Shown here: in pieces, positions 34,965-40,885 of the stretch
Position numbering within the stretch: the first letter of the stretch is position 1
Layout of the letters: every line of letters starts with the position of its first letter
Source: Nitrospirota bacterium
Lineage (GTDB): Bacteria; Nitrospirota; 9FT-COMBO-42-15; HDB-SIOI813
Direction of reading: 5' to 3'
NCBI GenBank assembly: GCA_016217665.1
Contig: JACRHF010000041.1
Location: forward strand, 1 to 52,271
DNA: 52,271 bases
Position numbers and translations under genes: made by a program
The notes under the pieces: generated by a model
Database searches by the model: none
The model's input: only the letters and a program-made list of their open reading frames with translations
Told to the model about the DNA's origin: nothing

Positions 34965-35099
34965 ATGGAAGAAAAACATGAGGATGACTTTCCAGCGCCA
35001 GGCACCTTTGTCATTATTATGATCTTTTTAGCTATGTTTGTTTTGTTCTATTTCTTAAACTGGAAGTGGTTGTCCATGGTCTGGAATATTGGAAAATGA
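34965..35099 (+). CDS. 44-aa single-TM peptide resembling ba3 subunit IIa (not in the ORF track)
   Basis: MEEKHEDDFPAPGTFVIIMIFLAMFVLFYFLNWKWLSMVWNIGK. An AGGAGG Shine-Dalgarno at 34953-34958 lies 6 nt upstream. From memory, the Thermus subunit IIa also begins MEEK. Confidence 0.55.
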   Translation: MEEKHEDDFPAPGTFVIIMIFLAMFVLFYFLNWKWLSMVWNIGK

Positions 35100-35140
35100 G
35101 GGGTATACCCTCGGGGCGCATATAGATAGTTTCTGAATGG

Positions 35141-35186
35141 GCAGTAATTTTATCATGATGCTATGATAAAATTACTGCTTTTTTTT
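35141..35186 (+). terminator. strong rho-independent terminator
   Basis: GCAGTAATTTTATCAT / GATGCT / ATGATAAAATTACTGC (16-bp stem), followed by T8. Confidence 0.85.
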
Positions 35187-35350
35187 CGAACAAGTTCCTT
35201 CCCCCCTTGTTTTAACACCTGATATGATGATTGTCATAGCTTTAAATGGCCGACTGAATTACCATGTTATTAGAGATAGAAGATAACAAATGAAATACCT
35301 ACAAAGCAATTGATGATGTCGTTTAAAGAACCTTAGAGGAGAATCGGCTT

Positions 35351-37465
35351 ATGGGTTCTTTAGGAAGAAGAATCGTACATACTATTGATGGTTGGACAGA
35401 TCGTATCATCCCGCCTAAATATAATCCATTATACTGGCTGGGCACACTATGTTTCGTTTCCCTGATGCTGATACTTATAACCGGTAGTTACCTGTTTTTA
35501 TTTTATAAGACCGGCGCCCCTTACGAATCAGTTCAGTACCTTACTGTCAACCAATGGTATATTGGCGGCTATTTGCGGAGTATACACCGCTATGCCTCTG
35601 ACGGGTTAATTTTGTTCATGACGCTTCACCTCGTGCGTGAGTTTCTTCTCGGCAGATACCGTCAGTGGAGATGGTTATCCTGGGTTTCAGGTGCTGCCCT
35701 CCTGGTTGCCTGTCTTATCCTTGGAATTATGGGATACTGGCTGGTTTGGGATGGACGGGCCCAGTTAATTGCCCAGAAGACCGCCCAATTACTTAATGAT
35801 ATCCCAATATTTGTTGAGCCACCTTCACGCTCATTTTTAAGTGGTGATACCATCAGCAAGATGTTGTTCTTTGTCCTCCTTCTGGGACATATAGGCATAT
35901 CACTGATAGGTATCAGCGCTTTAGTATTTATACATACATCGAGAAATGCCAGGCCAGTGCTTAAACCTCCGCGCGCAATTTCTGTTGCACTAGTGATTGT
36001 GCTCTCTGCATTATCCTTCATTGTCCCGGCTACTAATGCCCCAATGGCTGATCTGGCTAAGCTGCCAATTAATATTCCTTTTGATTGGTTCTTTTTATTT
36101 GTGTATCCATTAACCTCTGCCCTGTCGAAGCGGGCCTTCTGGTTCACATCCGCCAGCGGCGCCTTATTACTTTTTACAGCGCCATGGATTGGAAGATTCA
36201 GAAAGCCTCCGGCAGCACAGGTAATTCTGGAGAAGTGTGTCGGTTGTGAGCAATGCAATAAAGACTGTCCCTATGAAGCCATCAGAATGGTCCCCAGAAA
36301 AGACGGGAGGCCATATCTCCTGCAGGCAGAGGTGCTGGTTAACAGGTGTGCAAGTTGCGGTATCTGTGTCGGCTCATGTGATTCTAAAGCGGCTGACCTT
36401 CCTGACAGGACATTGGAGCAAACAGAAAAGGAGATAACCAGACTTTTAAATCTGCCGCAAAAGCAGGGTAGTGGGCCAAAGATACTGGGTCTGGTATGTG
36501 AAAAGAACATCAGGCTGGATAAGTTTATAAATGCAGAAAACAAAAGTCTTAAAGGGATGCCAAATGTTTTCGTTATTACATTCGTCTGTTCCGGTATGAT
36601 TCATCACTCCACGATTGAATATGCCCTTGCATCAGGTGCAGAGGGTGTATTTGTAAGCGGCTGTCAGATAGAGGAATGTTACTACCGTGAAGGTTCCAGG
36701 TGGTCGCATGCAAGGTTGATGGGAGAGAGGGCGCCTGTTGTCTTACCATTGAAAGGCACAACAAGCGACTACTCACGAATCCGTTCATACCGGCTATCTC
36801 CTCTCCGGGCCAAAGACCTCATAAATAAGATAGGTCTCTTTCAAAAAGAACTTGAGCAGAAAACTTCTGTCAGGGCCTACAGGCCTATAGAGACTATGAT
36901 ACCCGGGGAAGGGACATACAAGAAAGTGGCGGCACTTTGCATTATTCCACTGCTTTTGCTGCCTGCCTTCCTCATCTCCTTTCTGTCCACAAAACCAACA
37001 TACCCTTTCTATAGCAAAGACAACGCGTTAATAAAATTTACCTTCCAGCATTCTGGTAAACAGGAGGATTGTAAGGAAATAACTGAGAAAGAAACAGAGA
37101 GTAAACTTAAACATATGAGGAAGACAAACTCCCCTTATTCCCGCATGAGGATGGATTGTGCGAGAAAGAGGCTTCCCAGTTATGTAGAGTTAGATTTAGA
37201 CAGGAGAAATATATTATCCAGGGTCTATCACCCTACAGGCCTGAGCGGTGACGGGTCCACATTTGCCTATGAGGAAATACCTATAGCCCCAGGGACACAT
37301 GAAGTCACGGTCAGAATGAGGGATACCAAAGATGTCAGCAATTTTGACTATAACTTTGAAAAGAAAATAAACCTTGAAGCAGGACAAGTCGCTGTCATTG
37401 ATTTTGACAGTGATAACAATAAATTTCACATCATGGGGCAGAGTGAGGAGGAAAAAGGTGAATAA
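35351..37465 (+). CDS. fusion protein: dihaem cytochrome b6-like membrane domain, 2x[4Fe-4S] ferredoxin domain, MvhD/FlpD-like domain, an extra TM and a ~170-aa C-terminal domain
   Basis: Haem His pairs IHRYASDGLILFMTLH and GHIGISLIGISALVFIH. A PEWY-like PFDWFFLFVYP. CVGCEQCNKDCP and CASCGICVGSCD. FlpD-like VCSGMIHHSTIEYALASGAEGVFVSGCQIEECYYREGS. Confidence 0.8.
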   Translation: MGSLGRRIVHTIDGWTDRIIPPKYNPLYWLGTLCFVSLMLILITGSYLFLFYKTGAPYESVQYLTVNQWYIGGYLRSIHRYASDGLILFMTLHLVREFLLGRYRQWRWLSWVSGAALLVACLILGIMGYWLVWDGRAQLIAQKTAQLLNDIPIFVEPPSRSFLSGDTISKMLFFVLLLGHIGISLIGISALVFIHTSRNARPVLKPPRAISVALVIVLSALSFIVPATNAPMADLAKLPINIPFDWFFLFVYPLTSALSKRAFWFTSASGALLLFTAPWIGRFRKPPAAQVILEKCVGCEQCNKDCPYEAIRMVPRKDGRPYLLQAEVLVNRCASCGICVGSCDSKAADLPDRTLEQTEKEITRLLNLPQKQGSGPKILGLVCEKNIRLDKFINAENKSLKGMPNVFVITFVCSGMIHHSTIEYALASGAEGVFVSGCQIEECYYREGSRWSHARLMGERAPVVLPLKGTTSDYSRIRSYRLSPLRAKDLINKIGLFQKELEQKTSVRAYRPIETMIPGEGTYKKVAALCIIPLLLLPAFLISFLSTKPTYPFYSKDNALIKFTFQHSGKQEDCKEITEKETESKLKHMRKTNSPYSRMRMDCARKRLPSYVELDLDRRNILSRVYHPTGLSGDGSTFAYEEIPIAPGTHEVTVRMRDTKDVSNFDYNFEKKINLEAGQVAVIDFDSDNNKFHIMGQSEEEKGE

Positions 37466-38771
37466 TGTATCAGACCATAGGGTATTACTGACGAGGGATA
37501 TCCCTATGAGTGACTTCCCCTCTTTGGAAACAATCTTTATAGACATGTATGTTGCAAAGAATGGTTATAAGGCAGCGACTAAAGCCCTTCAGGAGATGAA
37601 GCCAGGAGATATTATCGAGGAAGTAAAGAAGTCTGGATTGCGTGGTCGTGGCGGCGGTGGATTCCCAACAGGAAAAAAATGGGAAATGGTGGCCGGAGCA
37701 GCAGGAGAGGAAAAGCATGTCTGCTGCAATGCCGCCGAGGGGGAACAGGAAACATTTAAAGACCGGTGTCTTATACGTTCAAACCCGCATCAATTAATTG
37801 AAGGAATCATTATTGCCTCCTATGCAGTCGGTGCCCATGTGTCTTATTTATATGTCAATGAAAACTATCGTGAAGAGATTACGTTGCTTGAGAAGGCGCT
37901 AAAAGAGGCTCAGGGAAAAGGGTATATCGGTAAAAAAATTCTGGGAACAGATTTCTCACTGGATATTCATATTCAGAAGTGTCCTGATCAATATGTTGCT
38001 GGCGAAGAAACGGCAATGATAGAGGTCATAGAAGGCAGGGCGGCCAAGCCATGGCAAAAGCCCCCTTATTATCCTGCTAACAGGGGCATCTATGGAAATC
38101 CGACCCTTGTAAATAATACAGGAACCTTGTCAAACATACCTCATATTGTCCTTAAAGGCGGCGATTGGTTTTCTCAAGTCGGCTCTCGACAGAACCCAGG
38201 AACAATGCTTTTTACCCTCACCGGTGATATAAACAGACCTGGTATATATGAGTTGCCACTGGGAACCACACTTAGCAAACTTATCAGCAATTGTGGTAAT
38301 GGTTTAAAGGATGGGAGAAGATTTAAGGCAGCCTTTCTGCCGGGTAATTCCCCTCTCACAGAATCACATCTTGAAATCCGCCTTGACTTTGAATCATTAA
38401 AAGAGGCCGGCTCAGGGCTCGGTTGTGCTGCTGTCACTGTCCTGGGGGATGGAACCTGTGCAGTAGCTACAACACTGAAATTTTCCAGGTTTTTTATGAA
38501 TGAGTCATGCGGACAATGCCCCCCCTGCCAGATGGGAACTGCCAATATGGCCATACTGCTTCAGAAAATTGAAGATGGTCATGGAAAAATAGAAGACCTT
38601 GCCGCCATTGAAAACATATGCAGCCTTTCAAAGGGGCAGGGCTACTGTCAGCTTCTATCAGGGGCTGTCTTTGTTGTTGAAGGTGCAATCAGACACTTCA
38701 GAAAGGAGTTTGAGGCCCACATCCATGAAAAGAGATGTCCTCTGCAAAGCAGTTCCGGCAATACGTTATAA
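37458..38771 (+). CDS. NuoF-like NAD(P)H-binding FMN / [4Fe-4S] flavoprotein
   Basis: GLRGRGGGGFPTGKKW (FMN/NADH site), GEETAMIEVIEG, and N3-type cluster ESCGQCPPCQMG...C. The GTG at 37458 has a GAGGAGG Shine-Dalgarno and overlaps the upstream stop (GTGAATAA). Confidence 0.8.
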   Translation: MNNVSDHRVLLTRDIPMSDFPSLETIFIDMYVAKNGYKAATKALQEMKPGDIIEEVKKSGLRGRGGGGFPTGKKWEMVAGAAGEEKHVCCNAAEGEQETFKDRCLIRSNPHQLIEGIIIASYAVGAHVSYLYVNENYREEITLLEKALKEAQGKGYIGKKILGTDFSLDIHIQKCPDQYVAGEETAMIEVIEGRAAKPWQKPPYYPANRGIYGNPTLVNNTGTLSNIPHIVLKGGDWFSQVGSRQNPGTMLFTLTGDINRPGIYELPLGTTLSKLISNCGNGLKDGRRFKAAFLPGNSPLTESHLEIRLDFESLKEAGSGLGCAAVTVLGDGTCAVATTLKFSRFFMNESCGQCPPCQMGTANMAILLQKIEDGHGKIEDLAAIENICSLSKGQGYCQLLSGAVFVVEGAIRHFRKEFEAHIHEKRCPLQSSSGNTL

Positions 38772-38783
38772 AATCTACTTAGA

Positions 38784-40274
38784 TTGAAGAAATTATCCCT
38801 CTATATTGAAGACTGGGCCAACAGGTGTTTCTCGCCCCGATTCAATCCCTTCTATTACCTTGGAGCAATATCCACCCTCTTTTTCATTATCCTGTTAATA
38901 AGTGGTATATACCTGTTTATATTTTACAGGACCAACAGCCCTTATCAGATAGTCCAGGATTTAACTGAAAAACAATGGTATCTGGGTGGCATTATGAGGA
39001 GTATTCATAGATATGCCTCTGATGGCCTGATAATCTCCCTCCTCCTGCATACCCTGCGTGAATATGTTAACGGTAGATACAGTCACTACAGATGGCTGGC
39101 CTGGGTCTCCGGCGTTATACTTTTTATTATCAGTTTGATATTAGGTATTTCAGGCTACTGGCTGGTATGGGACCAAAGGGCCCAGTTAATTGCCCTGAAG
39201 ACATCAGAACTGTTAAATGATGTGCCCCTTTTTATTGAACCTCCATCCAGGTCTTTTCTCAGCAATGAGTCCCTCAGTGGAATGCTCTTTTTCCTTTTGC
39301 ATTTTTTGCATTCAGCTTTACCGTTTGCCATGCTGATACTCATAGGCATACACATCATGAGATGTTCACGCCCGGTACTCAAGACACCTAAGGTTATAAC
39401 GATTGCTGTAATAATCATGCTGCTTATGGTATCTGTTATTAAGCCTGCCACCAGCGCCAAACCTGCAGACCTGAATAGATTACCCCTAACCCCCCCGTTT
39501 GATTGGTTCTTCTTTTTCATATACCCGGTGAAGTCTATTCTTTCAAAACCCATCTTCTGGTCGATGACTACAGGTGTAATCATGATACTCTTTATAATAC
39601 CCTGGATTAAAAGGCATAGGCCGCCTGTTGCACAGGTTGTATTAGAAAACTGCACAGGCTGTGACCAGTGTAATAAGGATTGTCCCTATGGGGCCATCCG
39701 TTTACAGCCCCGCACAGACAGGTTAGCCTATAAAATGGAGGCTGTTATTATGCCTGAGAGATGTGCTGCCTGCGGTATATGTGTAGGAGCCTGCGATTTT
39801 AATGCCGTCAATCTCCCTGGTATGAATGATGTACAGATTAAGGAAGATATAATCAATCTTTTATCTGGCATTCAACGGATAGACAAAAAACCAAAGATAC
39901 TGCTGTGGGTCTGCAAACAAAGCATAAGATTTAATGGTACATTGGATATCATAAAAAGGATGACAAATGTTAAAATTATATCATTGCCCTGTATTGGCAT
40001 GATTCAATCTGAGATGATAGAGGCAGGATTTAATGCCGGCGCAGACGGTATTTTTATCTGCAGTTGCGTGATGGGTGATTGTCAGTACCGTAAAGGCAAC
40101 ATCTGGCTGCAGGAAAGGCTGAGAGACAAAAGACCGCCGCTACTGAATAAAAGAGTTGACCGACGTAGAATCAGGGAATACTGGATGTCGCCTGTCCATA
40201 CTACAAGACTTGTTGCAGAAATAGATCTCTTTGAAGAGGAGCTTAGTGCCTATCATATATCCGGATCTACTTAA
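38784..40274 (+). CDS. paralogous cytochrome b6-like / 2x[4Fe-4S] / MvhD-like fusion (shorter; no C-terminal extension)
   Basis: IHRYASDGLIISLLLH, LHSALPFAMLILIGIH, PFDWFFFFIYP, CTGCDQCNKDCP, CAACGICVGACD, PCIGMIQSEMIEAGFNAGADGIFICSCVMGDCQYRKGN. The apparent start is TTG with no obvious Shine-Dalgarno. Confidence 0.75.
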   Translation: MKKLSLYIEDWANRCFSPRFNPFYYLGAISTLFFIILLISGIYLFIFYRTNSPYQIVQDLTEKQWYLGGIMRSIHRYASDGLIISLLLHTLREYVNGRYSHYRWLAWVSGVILFIISLILGISGYWLVWDQRAQLIALKTSELLNDVPLFIEPPSRSFLSNESLSGMLFFLLHFLHSALPFAMLILIGIHIMRCSRPVLKTPKVITIAVIIMLLMVSVIKPATSAKPADLNRLPLTPPFDWFFFFIYPVKSILSKPIFWSMTTGVIMILFIIPWIKRHRPPVAQVVLENCTGCDQCNKDCPYGAIRLQPRTDRLAYKMEAVIMPERCAACGICVGACDFNAVNLPGMNDVQIKEDIINLLSGIQRIDKKPKILLWVCKQSIRFNGTLDIIKRMTNVKIISLPCIGMIQSEMIEAGFNAGADGIFICSCVMGDCQYRKGNIWLQERLRDKRPPLLNKRVDRRRIREYWMSPVHTTRLVAEIDLFEEELSAYHISGST

Positions 40275-40740
40275 CAATCTCTCCACCTGAATTTATCCAG
40301 GCGGCTACACCCCCATCAAGGTTTTTAATTTTACTGAAACCGAGATTTGAAAGAACATCACTGATCTTTTTTGACCTTTCGCCATTCTCGCAATAGATAA
40401 CAATCTCCTTACCCTTGTCTTTGTTCAAAGCCCTGTCCATATTTTTGAGGCTTGTAAATGGAAGATTAACAGCCCCTTTCAGGTGGCCGTTTTTAAAATC
40501 TTCGCTCGTCCTTGAATCAACAATGATAAGCTCGTTATTCTGGCTCATCAGGTTCACAAGGTCTTTGGATGAGATTGTTTCATATTCATATCTGGGTTCC
40601 TTGCTTCGCCATATATCCGATGTTTTGAATAAAAAGTTTATAATTCCGAAGAGCATAATGAGAATAAAGATGGCCGCATATTGAAGGTATATCTTTTTTT
40701 TTCTATCCATTCTTAAAATCTCCTCTGTTAATTTAGCCAT
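40267..40740 (-). CDS. membrane-anchored single-domain rhodanese (sulfurtransferase)
   Basis: N-terminal TM; active-site loop IVIYCENGERS. It overlaps the upstream gene end convergently by 8 nt. Confidence 0.8.
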   Translation of the reverse strand: MAKLTEEILRMDRKKKIYLQYAAIFILIMLFGIINFLFKTSDIWRSKEPRYEYETISSKDLVNLMSQNNELIIVDSRTSEDFKNGHLKGAVNLPFTSLKNMDRALNKDKGKEIVIYCENGERSKKISDVLSNLGFSKIKNLDGGVAAWINSGGEIVK

Positions 40741-40885
40741 GAAAGCAATTTCATTTAATCGATCTTTCAGAGATTACTACAATTATAGAATTTAAACAAG
40801 CGAAATAGATTTCCATTGACACCAAAATGCCTTTTGGTTACGCTATCCTCCGGACACCAAATTCCCTATCCTATACCTCTGGAAG

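Noticed and set aside
35662-36258. 198-aa minus-strand ORF, and the similar 39155-39655 ORF
   Set aside because: Both are antisense to the two cytochrome b fusion genes. They resemble each other only because the sense genes are paralogues.
40741-40885. Search for an FNR box (TTGAT-N4-ATCAA) upstream of the cbb3 fusion gene
   Set aside because: No acceptable match was found by eye; the nearest is TTGACACCAAAATG, which lacks the second half-site.
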